Positions 24,021-36,559 of a DNA stretch of 64,000 nt are shown here, piece after piece. The DNA is from Antedon mediterranea. Lineage: Eukaryota; Animalia; Echinodermata. Both the position numbers and the translations under genes were made by a program. Numbering within the stretch: position 1 is the first letter of the stretch; every line of letters begins with the position of its first letter. The notes under the pieces were generated by a model that searched no databases, was not told where the DNA came from, and saw nothing but the letters and a program-made list of their open reading frames with translations. The stretch covers positions 3,449,888 through 3,513,887 of the forward strand of contig NC_092676.1 in the NCBI RefSeq assembly GCF_964355755.1, read 5' to 3'.

Positions 24021-25966
24021 TAAACAAAAAATAATATATAATATATTTAATGAAAAACATTAAATCTCTTGTTGTCATTGATTGACCTCCCACCCAAATC
24101 GTTCCTGATGGGACAAGAACGTTTGCTCTTTACATACAAAATGTTATTTCACAGTTTCAGTCTTATAGGGGGCGGTATACGATACTAAAAAAATGTTGAA
24201 TGCTTCCTCATGATAAACTGTGTAGTGTAGTTGACAAAAGTACATTTTTTCTACAATATATATTAATAAAATATTGCACAAGCATTATTTTATAACATTT
24301 GTATAAACATCAACCATCGAGAAATATAAAACAGACAGCGGAAATACATATAACTGCGTGACGTCAGCAATGAAAACGATGACCACTAAAACAGACAGTA
24401 CAAATGAGTATGATTATGTGGAAACATAGGTGCAGCTACGGTGAAGAACGATTGTCACATGAGGAAGCCAGTAAAAACGGAAAGATAGGCGTACTGTATG
24501 TAAAAAGTCAAATGTTGATGCACATTTTGCAGAATGTGTACTAAACATTTAAACTTAAATATTCAAATATAATTGATTATAAAAACAACCTTCAACATGA
24601 AAGGAAAACATTAAAGTGAAACAATTAATTTATTTTACTTTAGATTTGACTTGCCTTTCGGTGCAATGCTCAGTGTATAGCTTCGTTCACACGGAAGACG
24701 GCGACGTTCAACCTTTTACAGGATTTTTATTATTCAACAGAACAGCGACGTTTTCAAATTACTTCAACTGAATATTCCATAATACAGTATCACATGTGAA
24801 TCACATGTATCTCCTAGTATATCATAGACCATAACATAACCATTAACCTATAACCTTATACATAATACAGACACCACTGTGGTGCTGTTTAATTCGGAAT
24901 GTTCCTATGATACACCATGTCGTATGTAGAGATACTGCACTGAGAATCGGGTAGTTAATTAGTTTGCTGATTTGGGTAATCAGCCAATCACGAGGCTTAA
25001 TCATATTCTGGTTCATTGTTTGGTAAATTTCTAAGCTATGAATTAAAGTTAGAATTGAAGGGATGTCTTCGGCTTTCGGGAATGTACAAATTTTAGTTTT
25101 TGGTCCTAAACATAGTGCCACAACATTCTATTAAATATAGTACTCATAGCATAGAACTAAAATAAACGTTTATTTTATACACTCACTTTGTACTTTATCA
25201 AATGAATTGTTTCACAAACAAAATACCCTTCCCCCCCCCCCCACCTAAAAAAGAGTACAACAACCAAAGTATCACGAAATGTAAGAATAGTAAATATCTT
25301 TATTTAACATTTGATACGACAGGAAAGATAAAGTTATGCAGAGTGTTTTAACCAATCAAAGTCACGAACTACTCGGCATTTACAATTAAATTCTCACTAA
25401 CCACGCCCCCGACTGATAAACGTATATCACGCCCTCTGGAAGAAAAATGACAATGTATTAGGAAAGTATTTTTAAAGTATTACATCATTAATGTTGAATA
25501 TTCAGTGGCGCTATTTCCTGATATTTTATTTCTGCAGTAATCAAGTTTATCACTGGTGCTGAAGTAGATCATTTCAACTTATATAACAACAAAAAAAAGT
25601 TGTAATAAATAAAGTGCCAAAGTGTAATGTTTAACTACGAATACAGGATCTAACCATATAGGAAGTTGTTTAATACTGGACATAATGTTTGATTGAAGTG
25701 TTTATAAATTGAGTACCATTTACAGCATACGTGAACATCAAGCAAACATGATTTAATTTCTAAAACATTATTACTGGTGTCTTTGAATCGTCGGAAAAAG
25801 GAATATAATTTATAGGAATATTTGCGTAAATCTCAATTTGGTAAGGAAGTTCCAATATTCGGACGTCAATCGAGGCGCCTGCGTAAGTACACTACTATTC
25901 ATATTATAACAACGCATGGGAACATCAATCGAACATTATGTCTTATGATATCTAATATTGACTACA

Positions 25967-28027
25967 ATGTTTAAAATGTCTCATCTTCAACATTGTACAT
26001 TGCTGTTTTTCAAGTGCTTGATTGTATTGTATAGTATATTTCACTGTTGTTGTGCACAATCCTATACTTTTACAAAACAATCAAAATCTGTTCTTGTTGG
26101 ACAAGGAAACACAGCAACGTTATCGTGTGAATGGACACCAGCATTGAATGAAAACCATGTCGTTTTCTGGTCAGCATACCCTCATGTTGGTGGGTCGCAA
26201 GCTATCGATAGGTCAACTTTAAAGTACAATTTAACAACTATAGAAACATCTTCACATCTTTCCATTTTTAATGTTGGTTACAACGATGTAGGAAACTACA
26301 GGTGTGATATCTCGGAAGGTGGTGCTTCATTCAGTTTTTCTCAACGTACTTCTGTAGTTCTAGGAGAAATAGTGTGCGATCCAAGGAATAGCAATGGTGA
26401 GATTGGAACAACGCTGACATGTTCTTATTTTACTTCTTATTATTCACGTGATATTGATTTACTATGGTATAAAAACAGGAAACAAATTACATCAAAAGTA
26501 AAACAAAATAATGTTATAAAATCAAGAGCTTTGACTGTTGAAGACGATGGAGCTGTATTTACTTGTAAAGCCACCACTGGAATCCAAAATCAAGTGATAG
26601 GAACTTGTGAAATTACGCCGCTTGTATTGACTATAGATACAGAGATTGTACAATCACCGCCAGGTACACTTCAGGTTGGTGATAGCTTTACCCTTACCTG
26701 CTCAGGGAAAGGTAATACCGATTATTATGAATATGAATGGATGTGGAATGGCAACCCTGTAGGATCGTCACCAAATGGAAGGCAATTTGCAATAGATAAT
26801 GTGCTTACTGTGAAGAGTGTATCAAGCAAAGACAATGACAAAATAGTCACTTGTACTATTAGTCGTGATGGTCGTAACAGTAGTATAGCAACCTATACAG
26901 TGAACGTTATAGAACAAATGACTACACGTTTGCTATCGACATCTGGTACGCGTACGCGAAACTCAATTACGCGTCAACTATCAACTGACGTCCCTGATGA
27001 TGAGTCCCCAACAGTAATGACTACACATTTACAGTCGACACTAGGTATACATACACACAAGTCAATTACATACATACTATCAGAAACTAATATCCAGGAT
27101 AATGATTCTACAATAATATTCATTGTCATCATTGGCGTAGTTGCGATATCTCTTGTGATTTTGATAACAGCAATTGTAAATTACATTTTACATAAAAGGC
27201 GCAAGAAACAGGATGAGAACAAAACAAAAGCTGAAAGTGTAACATTGAAAGAACCAATGTATGGCAACACTGATCAAGATATTATTAAAACGCGCGTAAA
27301 TGGCCGTCTGCGCGAAACGTTGATAACAGATTTTGCTGTATATGAAGAACCTGCAATGTCAGACACACATGGAAACTTGGATATTGTTTACGAAGACCCT
27401 GACGTGCCTCCATACGACCAATTAACAGAAAAGGATAAGTATGATTATGTTGCATCAGAAGAAATAACAGTTGAAAGAGAAAGCAAAAACGAGTATGACT
27501 ATGCGGCAATAACAGACACCCACAGTGCCGAGATGATAGATAATTCAGAAATAAAAAATAACTATGATTATGTGGTATCGGCAGACATCCACAGCACAGA
27601 AAATGAATATGAAGGTGTAAAATCAGCAGACGATCAAAGTGATGAAACAGACAGTGAAAATGAATATGTGGAAACATCAGGAATAGGCGTTACAGAAAAA
27701 GAAGGCTCTGCAGAATACATTGAGTACGAAAACAGTAAATTACATCGTCTTAAAGGTATCTCGACTTCTGACAACACAAAGACCAAATCCGAAAGTGTTA
27801 AATTATTACAGAGATCAAGAAGAGGTGGAATAACCATTTTAGATAACCGCGAGGATGACTTCAGTAAGGTGAATGCGAGTACAGTTGAAGTAAACGACGT
27901 GTACGAAAATGCACCAATACGAACAAAAGCAGTGAAGTGTGCTAAGAAAAAAAAGAAGCAAAACAGAACCAAACGTAGGCATACAGACAAAACTATTAAA
28001 ACTGCATCAATACATTCTACATCATAA
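25967..28027 (+). CDS. g6: IgSF receptor (V type A, tail T3)
   Basis: ATG at 25967 or 25976. V domain close to g1 and g8. Acidic tail with many YDYV, YEEP and YEN motifs. Confidence 0.9.
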   Translation: MFKMSHLQHCTLLFFKCLIVLYSIFHCCCAQSYTFTKQSKSVLVGQGNTATLSCEWTPALNENHVVFWSAYPHVGGSQAIDRSTLKYNLTTIETSSHLSIFNVGYNDVGNYRCDISEGGASFSFSQRTSVVLGEIVCDPRNSNGEIGTTLTCSYFTSYYSRDIDLLWYKNRKQITSKVKQNNVIKSRALTVEDDGAVFTCKATTGIQNQVIGTCEITPLVLTIDTEIVQSPPGTLQVGDSFTLTCSGKGNTDYYEYEWMWNGNPVGSSPNGRQFAIDNVLTVKSVSSKDNDKIVTCTISRDGRNSSIATYTVNVIEQMTTRLLSTSGTRTRNSITRQLSTDVPDDESPTVMTTHLQSTLGIHTHKSITYILSETNIQDNDSTIIFIVIIGVVAISLVILITAIVNYILHKRRKKQDENKTKAESVTLKEPMYGNTDQDIIKTRVNGRLRETLITDFAVYEEPAMSDTHGNLDIVYEDPDVPPYDQLTEKDKYDYVASEEITVERESKNEYDYAAITDTHSAEMIDNSEIKNNYDYVVSADIHSTENEYEGVKSADDQSDETDSENEYVETSGIGVTEKEGSAEYIEYENSKLHRLKGISTSDNTKTKSESVKLLQRSRRGGITILDNREDDFSKVNASTVEVNDVYENAPIRTKAVKCAKKKKKQNRTKRRHTDKTIKTASIHSTS

Positions 28028-28301
28028 GAGACATGCACTGTTTCCTATAATAAGTTTAATCGATATTTTAGTATAGCATTTACTTTAAAAATGAGAGAGA
28101 AGTTTATTAAACGTTTTGATCTTTTATGGATCATAATACACATCGGAATTACAATAAGGAAATTAACTTACAGCAATGTTTGGAAGTCAGTCAAAGTGCC
28201 CGAGTCAGTACTATAGTATTCTATTAGGCATATAACAACGCGTGGGAACATCACAACATTATAATTGTTTATAATTAGCTACATTGAATAAAAATCTTAC
28301 A

Positions 28302-29190
28302 ATGGCTCATCATCAACATTGTACATTGCTGTTGTACAAGTGCTTGATTATATTCTATAGTATATCTTATTGTTGTTCTGCACAATCCTATACTTTTACA
28401 GAACATCCACAATCGGTTCTTGTTGCTGAAGGACAGGCAGCTACGTTGTCGTGTGAATGGACACCAGCACTGGATGACACTTTTGGTCCTGGTCAGCATT
28501 TTATGGAAGAGTGTCAAAAAGAATTGATAGTTCCACTTTGAACTACAATGTAACAACTAAAGCAAAATCATATCTTTCAATTTTCAATGTTGATTCTGAT
28601 GATTTAGGAAGATACATGTGTGATATATCGGAAGGTGGTGATTCAAAAAGTCTTTCTTGCGTATTTGAAATTTTGCTCCTCGTTTCTGTAATAACAATAA
28701 TAAGCCTATGTGTGTATTTGCAAAAAAAAAAGAAAAAAAAGAAGAAAAACACAATTCCTTCAGATCGACTCTCGAATAATCGACAGTCAAATAATGTTGG
28801 ACATTTTTACGATTATATTACATCATCTGGCATACACGTGACCACGACAGCCAGTGACAAAGTTCAGTATGATTATGCTATTTTCCCAAGCACATAAATC
28901 ACCGAGAAAAAGGGGGTGAATAGCACGGAAAACGAATACGAGGTTGGTGTATTATCTTCACGCACTGATGGTTTCCTAAAAGTCTGCACAAGTGATAAAG
29001 AGGTTGAGTACGAGCACGATGAAACAATAGGCCTAGGCCTACATCTCAAAGATATGACAGACACTAACACTTTTGAAAATACATTAGATATTAGGAACAA
29101 AAGAATTAAACTATGAACGCGCCTGAATGCAGCTGGTGGCACTGATGTAAACCTGTACGAAAATAAATCTGTATGTACAAAAGCATTGAC
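28302..29190 (+). pseudogene. g7: pseudogene with signal peptide and V domain fused directly to TM and tail
   Basis: ATG 28302 MAHHQHC. Frameshift near 28480. YMCDISEGGDSKSLS is joined to CVFEILLLVSVITIISLCVYL, so Ig2, Ig3 and stalk are deleted. In-frame stops at 28895 and 29114, then a g4-like end TDVNLYENKS. Confidence 0.8.
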
Positions 29191-30089
29191 GTCAGCTACG
29201 ACATCTTTTATACAAAAGAGATAAAAACACAGTGATTGCATCAACTGAACACCTTTACTCGAACGTTATATGTAGCAGTAATAGCAAATATACACAGTAA
29301 TCGCAAATATTATCGAAAGCTCCTAGGCCTATTATATAAAAAATCCTGGCATTGAGCGAAATAGAAATAAGAAATAAATAATAATAAAAGAGAAATATAT
29401 CCAGTTGATAATAGCATAATACTGATAATTATATTTTCATTGTCTCACTATAGCCCGTATTGGGCCCGTATTAGCCTAAATGTTTCTGACACTCATGCAA
29501 GTATTTGCATTTTTGTAGTGCTTGAAACAACAGTTAACGACAATTATTATCGTCTTATGATTATTATACTGTAGTAGTAATTTGGTGTACAACACTTAAT
29601 TCAATATTACGTTTATTGTAATTAGAAAAAATAATAAGAATGTGGATTGTATGAGAAACATAATTGTATTTGTCGTTTAAGGAAGTAAATTAAAATGATT
29701 TTATAAAGAAAACGTTTGGGATAAAACTGAAGAACAAGAAAGAGTTTTACCAACGATTAACAAGAATTTGAGACTTCTTGAAACAAGGAAAATAATGTAA
29801 AAGTTTATTCTATAATTTATATCTGTGTGTTCACAGGAAATGATATTTTGAGGTACAGTTCCCAGCCCTAATGCGACTCCTTAATGCTCAGCTTTAATAT
29901 TTTTATTTTTTTTATGTCCTTAACTCAGTTTTATATTAATGTCGTTTACTGTTTTTATATTTAATTGTCTATACATTTTCACATATATGCATATGTTTTC
30001 TTATAAATTTTAACCTGTTGAAATGTTACGGTTTCAGCCTTTTGGCTATTTGTATCAATTATCGTCTATTTTTGGACAAAAAAATATAC

Positions 30090-30591
30090 CTGAAATATTA
30101 TTATTTTACCTTGATTTACCTTGACCTTTAGACTATAAACCTGTTAAGGTTTGTGAGTCCCTCTTTGAACATCTTGGTTATATGGCTCAAACTTTAGGTT
30201 GTGGGTTTTCCAGTGTGTTTCAAGATGGGTTTTAAAATTATTTATAGAGGATGCATTTACTATATGATATGGCAAACTATTCCAATCATTTACTGCAGAT
30301 ATTGAAAAGAATTTCTGTCTGTGTTTCGATTTACTATGAACTTTTTTAATTTTAAAATTGTGGCCTCTAGTTACAGTAGATGGTGCTAATTCAAAAAAGA
30401 CACCCGGATTAACATTATCATACTTTTGTATCATTCTAAAAATTTGTAAGCAGCAAGACCTCTTTCTTCGAAATGCTAATGATGGCAGTTTCATAAATTT
30501 CATTCGGTCACTATATGGTTGAGTTTTAATTTCCACAGCAAGTTTTGTGGCTCTTTGCTGAACTTTTTCTAAGAGAATAGAATCACCAAGC
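30090..30591 (-). mobile_element. 5'-truncated CR1-like LINE fragment
   Basis: Translates to LEKVQQRATK...LPSLAFRR...TRGHNFK...FFS..VNDWNSLP (RT C-terminus), with a short tandem-repeat tail. Absent from paralogous units. Confidence 0.8.
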
Positions 30592-31214
30592 ATAATTATT
30601 ATGCGATATGTGTAATGTTTCTTTATGAACACTGTAATAAGAAAAAACATCAAATAAAATAAAAAAGGCTATTTCTAAGTTGCTACGTTTTAAGGATAAA
30701 AAGGGTAAATTTGCCAACAAGAGGTGAACATTAGCTTGTTGACTCTATTTCTGAAAGTAGAACATTATCCATCAACAAACTGAATCTCAATGTTTTTAAA
30801 CATCATGAGCATGTTATTTTAGTTCAAAAAAGTTCAACAATAAAAGAATATATATAAACTAGTGGCACCATGTTCTGAACCCAATCAGGCAAGTTTGTGT
30901 AAACATAATTATGGTCAGCTAAATAAATAATATATATTATTATACTTAAAAAAAACGTTCCATCTCTTGTTGTCATTGATTGTCTTCCACCCAAATCGTT
31001 CCCGGGACAAGAACGTTGGCTCTTTACATACAAAATAGAATTGTATTCCACAGTTTCAGTCTTATAGGGGGCGGTATACAATACTAGAAACATGTTAAAT
31101 GCTTCCTCATAATAAACTGTGTAGTGTAGTTGACAAAAGTACATTTTTCTACAATATATATTAATATAACATTGTATGAGCATTATTTTATAACATTTGT
31201 ATAAACATCAATCC

Positions 31215-31216
<2 letters not shown>

Positions 31217-31255
<39 letters not shown>

Positions 31256-31270
31256 GGGAGATAGAGAGAG
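31217..31270. repeat. (GA)n / poly-G microsatellite
   Basis: Seen directly in the sequence. Confidence 0.9.
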
Positions 31271-32916
31271 AATGAAAACGATGACCACTAAAACAGACAG
31301 TAAAAATGAGTATGATTATGTAGAAACATAGGTGCAGCTACGGTGAAGAACAATTGTCACATGAGGAAGCCAGTAAAAACGGAAAGATAGTCGTACTGTA
31401 TGTAAAAATTCAAATGTTGATGCACATTTTGCAGAATGTGTACTAAACATTGAAACTTACATATTCAAATATAATTGATTATAAAAACAACCTTCAACAT
31501 GAAGGGAAAACATTAAAAGTGAAACCCTTAATTTATTTTACTTTAGATTTGACTTGCCTTTCGGTTCAATGCTCAGTATATATATATTCGTTCACACGGA
31601 AGACAGAGCCGTTCAACCCCCTTTAACAAAGTTTCCAATATTTAACAGAACAGCGGCGTTTTCAACTTCGTGTGAATATAACTTAAAAATTGGGATCTAA
31701 AATTACAAATATTTACTTCAATTGAATATTCCGTAATACAGCATCACATTTGAATCACATGTATCTCCTACTACATCATAGACCATAACCCAGCCACCTT
31801 ATACATAATACAGACACCACTGTGGTGGTACACATGAGATGCTGTTTAATTCGGAATGTTCCTATTATACATCATGTCGTATGTAGAAATACTGCACTGA
31901 GAATCAAGTAGTTAATTAGTCTGCTGATTTGGGTAATCAGCCAATCACGAGGCTTAATCATATTCTGGTTCATTTTTTGGTAAATTTCTAAGCTATGAAT
32001 TAAAGTTAGAATTGAAGGGATGTCTTCGGCTTTCGGGAATGTACCAATTTTAGTTTTTGGTCCTAAACATAGTGCCACAACATTCTATTTAAATATAGTA
32101 CTGATAGCATAGAACTAAAATAAACGTTTATTTTATACACTCACTTTGTACTTTATCAAATGAATTGTTTCACAAACAAAAAACCCTCCCCCCCCCCCCA
32201 CCTAAAAAAGAGTACAACAACCAAAGTATCACGAAATGTAAGAATAGTAAATATCTTTATTTAACATTTGATACGACAGGAAAGATAAAGTTATGCAGAG
32301 TGTTTTAACCAATCAAAGTCACGAACTACTCGGCATTTACAATTAAATTCTCACTAACCACGCCCCCGACTGATAAACGTATATCACGCCCTCTGGAAGA
32401 AAAATGACAATGTATTAGGAAAGTATTTTTAAAGTATTACATCATTAATGTTGAATATTCAGTGGCGCTATTTCCTGATATTTTATTTCTGCAGTAATCA
32501 AGTTTATCACTGGTGCTGAAGTAGATCATTTCAACTTATATAACAACAAAATAAAGTTGTAATAAATAAAGTGCCAACGTGTAATGTTTAACTACGAATA
32601 CAGGATCTAACCATATAGGAAGTTGTTTAATACTGGACATAATGTTTGATTGAAGTGTTTATAAATTGAGTACCATTTACAGCATACGTGAACATCAAGC
32701 AAACATGATTTAATTTCTAAAACATTATTACCGGTGTCTTTAAATCGTCGGAAAAAGGAATATAATTTATAGGAATATTTGCGTAAATCTCAATTTGGTA
32801 AGGAAGTTCCAATATTCGGACGTCAATCGAGGCGCCTGCGTAAGTACACTACTATTCCTATTATAACAACGCATGGGAACATCAATCGAACATTATGTCT
32901 TATGATATTGACTACA

Positions 32917-35130
32917 ATGTTTAAAATGTCTCATCTTCAACATTGTACATTGCTGTTTTTCAAGTGCTTGATTGTATTGTATAGTATATTTCACTGTTGT
33001 TGTGCACAATCCTATACTTTTACAAAACAACCAAAATCTGTTCTTGTTGGACAAGGAAACACAGCATCGTTATCGTGTGAATGGACACCAGCATTGAATG
33101 AAAACCATGTCGTTTACTGGGCAGCATACCCTCATGTTGGTGAGTCGCAAGCAATCGATAGGTCAACTTTCAAGTACAATTTAACAACTATAGCAACATC
33201 TTCACATCTTTCCATTTTTAATGTTGGTTACAATGATGTAGGAAACTACAGGTGTGATATCTTGAATGGTGGTGATTCATACAATCTTTCACGAGAGGCT
33301 TCTGTAGTGCTAGGAGAAATAACGTGCAATCCAGAGAATGACAATGGTGAGATTGGAACAACGCTGACATGTTCTTATTTTACTTCTTATTATTCACGTG
33401 ATATTGATTTACTATGGTATGGAAACAGGAAACATATTACATCAGGAGTACAACAAAATTATGTTATAAAATCAAGAGCTTTGACTGTCCAAGACGATGG
33501 AGCTGTATTTACTTGTAAAGCCACCACTGGAATCCAAAATCAAGTGATAGGAACTTGTGAAATTACGCCGCTTGTATTGACTATAGATACAGAGATTGTA
33601 CAATCACCGCCAGGTACACTTCAGGTTGGTGATAGCTTTACCCTTACCTGCTTAGGGAAAGGTAATCCTGATTATTATGAATATGAATGGATGTGGAATG
33701 ACAAACCTGTAGGATCGTTACCAAATGAAAGGCGATTTGCAATAGGAAGTGTGCTTACTGTGAAGGAGGTAACAAGCAGAGACAATGGCAAAATAGTTAC
33801 TTGTACTATTAGTCGTGATGGTCGTAACAACAGTGTAGCAATCTATGCAATAAACGTTATAGAGGGAATGACAACACGTTTGCAGTCGACACCTGGTACG
33901 CGTACGCGCAACTCAATTACGCGTAAACTATCAACCAACGTCCCTGCTGACGACTCCCCAACAGTAATGACTACACGTTTACAGTCGACACTAGGTACAC
34001 GTACGCACAAGTCAATTACGGTGGGACTATCAACAACCAATGTCGCGCATGACGTTTCACCAGTAATGACTACACGTTTACTGTCGACACTAGGTATACA
34101 TACACACAAGTCAATTACATACCTACTATCAGAAACTAATATCCAGGATAATGATTCTACAATAATAATCATTGTCATTATATGCGTAGTTGCGATAGCT
34201 CTTGTGATTTTGATAACAGCAATTGTAAATTACATTTTACATAAAAGGCGCAAGAAACAGGATGAGAACAAAACAAAAGCTGAAAGTGTAACATTGAAAG
34301 AACCAATGTATGGTAACACTGATCAAGAAAGTATTAAAACGCGCGTAAATGGCCCTCTGCGCGAAACGTTGATAACAGATTTTGCTGTATATGAAGAACC
34401 TGCAATGTCAGACACACATGGAAACTTGGATATTGTTTACGAAGATCCTGACGTGCCTCCATACGACCAATTAACAGAAAAGGATAAGTATGATTATGTT
34501 GCATCAGAAGAAATAACAGTTGAAAGAGAAAGCAAAAACGAGTATGACTACGCGGCAATAACAGACACCCACAGTGCCGAGATGACAGATGATTCAGAAA
34601 TAAAAAATAACTATGATTATGTGGTATCGGCAGACATCCACAGCACAGAAAATAAATATGAAGACGTTCAAAACGATGAAACAGACAGTGAAAATGAGTA
34701 TGATTATGTGGAAACATTAGGAATAGGCGCCACAGAAAAAGAAGGCTCTGCAGAATACATTGAACTTGTTGATGACAACGCCGATGTCGACTGTCACATC
34801 AAGAGGAAGCCACAAACAACGAATATGCCCGCTCCATCCAAGTACAATGTTGCTTCAATGTCACAAACGTATATTTCAGTAATTATTAGAGCAAATGATA
34901 ATGAGGCTGAGTACGAAAACAGTAAATTATATCGTCCCAAAGGTATCTCGACTTCTGACAACTCAAAGACAAAGTCCGAAAGTGTTAAATTATCACAGAG
35001 ATCAAGAAGAGATGGAATAAACATTTCAGATAATCACGAAGATGACGTAACCAAGGTGCATGCGAGTACAAACGACGTATACGAAAATGCATCTGTACGC
35101 ACAAAGGCAGTGAAGTGTGCTAAGAAATAA
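32917..35130 (+). CDS. g8: IgSF receptor (V type A, full-length tail T3)
   Basis: In-frame ATGs at 32902, 32917 and 32926; the ORF-track start at 32779 is a TTG. Close paralog of g6. Confidence 0.9.
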   Translation: MFKMSHLQHCTLLFFKCLIVLYSIFHCCCAQSYTFTKQPKSVLVGQGNTASLSCEWTPALNENHVVYWAAYPHVGESQAIDRSTFKYNLTTIATSSHLSIFNVGYNDVGNYRCDILNGGDSYNLSREASVVLGEITCNPENDNGEIGTTLTCSYFTSYYSRDIDLLWYGNRKHITSGVQQNYVIKSRALTVQDDGAVFTCKATTGIQNQVIGTCEITPLVLTIDTEIVQSPPGTLQVGDSFTLTCLGKGNPDYYEYEWMWNDKPVGSLPNERRFAIGSVLTVKEVTSRDNGKIVTCTISRDGRNNSVAIYAINVIEGMTTRLQSTPGTRTRNSITRKLSTNVPADDSPTVMTTRLQSTLGTRTHKSITVGLSTTNVAHDVSPVMTTRLLSTLGIHTHKSITYLLSETNIQDNDSTIIIIVIICVVAIALVILITAIVNYILHKRRKKQDENKTKAESVTLKEPMYGNTDQESIKTRVNGPLRETLITDFAVYEEPAMSDTHGNLDIVYEDPDVPPYDQLTEKDKYDYVASEEITVERESKNEYDYAAITDTHSAEMTDDSEIKNNYDYVVSADIHSTENKYEDVQNDETDSENEYDYVETLGIGATEKEGSAEYIELVDDNADVDCHIKRKPQTTNMPAPSKYNVASMSQTYISVIIRANDNEAEYENSKLYRPKGISTSDNSKTKSESVKLSQRSRRDGINISDNHEDDVTKVHASTNDVYENASVRTKAVKCAKK

Positions 35131-36559
35131 AAGAAAAAAAACCAGAACCAACCGTACAGAATATTCATACAAAAACCAACAATGAAAAGTGCACCAACGC
35201 ATATTATCATAGAGACTTGTTTATGAATGTTTAATATATTAAGGCTCTTATTATGTGAAATTGTTATATGTTACTACTGTCCCCAACACGTACAGGGGTG
35301 TGACTTATTTTTAAAGTATTGTAAAACTAGTATGTGAAGAGAAATAGAAAAGAGGTTAAATATATACGTTGATATCTTGAATTATTATCATTGCACGAGT
35401 TAAAAAATATTGTAATTTTGTTTAAGGAAGTAAATAAACAAATATTATATTAGAAATAATCAACTCTGAGATGAACATAAACCAGAAAAGGGAATGGTAG
35501 GAACTATTAACAGATGATTAGCAAGAATTCACATCGTACAGAAAAGAGGAAAGAAAACACAATAAAGTTCATCAATAACACATCCTTATTTGGCATGAAA
35601 TAAGCAACAACAATAAAATATCAATATATTTGATCGTCCAAAATGGATTTTCTATGTTTCTATATAAAACTACGATTTTATACGTAATTAGATTTCTACA
35701 TAAATATAATTTAAATATTAAACTTTAAGCAAGAACTTATATATTGATCGATATTTACACGTTGCAAATTAGTCATTTTGTAAATATGTATTTAATATAT
35801 TTCGTATTATTAATATAAATATTTCTATTTTATAGTTTTGCTTTAAGGCTATCATTTTTTACTGTATATTTATAACTGCAAAACGTAAGAGAACCTCGCA
35901 TAAATCACTTGAATTGAGAGGTATAGAGAAATTGAACAGTACTTTGTTTTTAAAAATAGTTAATAGACTTTTATTTCGCATCTCTCTTTTTTTGTTTGTT
36001 TAAATGAAATCTGTTTTGACATGTTTGTATACTAATAGGCATGTGGTTTGTAACTGCTACAGGTTACTTTATTATTACTTGTATTAGTTTTTAATGTAAC
36101 CGAGTAAATTATGTAAATTATTGTTTTATGAAATAAAATACAGGAAATAAATTAAATTTGAAAAATATTACTACAATAATTTTTGACTAGTTCAGACTTA
36201 TGTTTTATTTTTTTACAGCGAACAAATAAATAAATAAATAGTATCAGATATCACAAATGTGTGAAGAACTACATTAAAAATATTATTTTATTCTCTCAGC
36301 TTGAGTGTAGACCTACTATTTACATTACATATATTTATTTGAATATGTAATTAATTGTTTCTGTAATTGATTATTATAAGAGAGCAGACAAATTAAACTT
36401 AATTTAAAGTAAATTTTTTCCAAATGTTATTGTACTTGCTTGTTGATTAAGGAACAAATGAATGGAAAGGCACCAGTTGATATCAACGTTAAGGAGAATA
36501 AGAAAGTTGTAACAAAAAAAATGAATAGGATTGTTTAAAATCAGCAGACAATCAAAACG

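Noticed and set aside
24843-25121. Repeated small minus-strand ORF MALCLGPKTK (also 31872-32078)
   Set aside because: Non-ATG start, differing lengths and a disrupted third copy; explained by segmental duplication.
27190-28027. Canonical ITAMs in T2 and T3 tails
   Set aside because: Tyr pairs mostly do not fit YxxL/I-x6-8-YxxL/I; described as SH2-docking motifs instead.
32779-32901. N-terminal extensions from TTG/GTG starts in the ORF track (g2, g4, g5, g6, g8)
   Set aside because: Eukaryotic context; downstream ATGs align with the conserved signal peptide.
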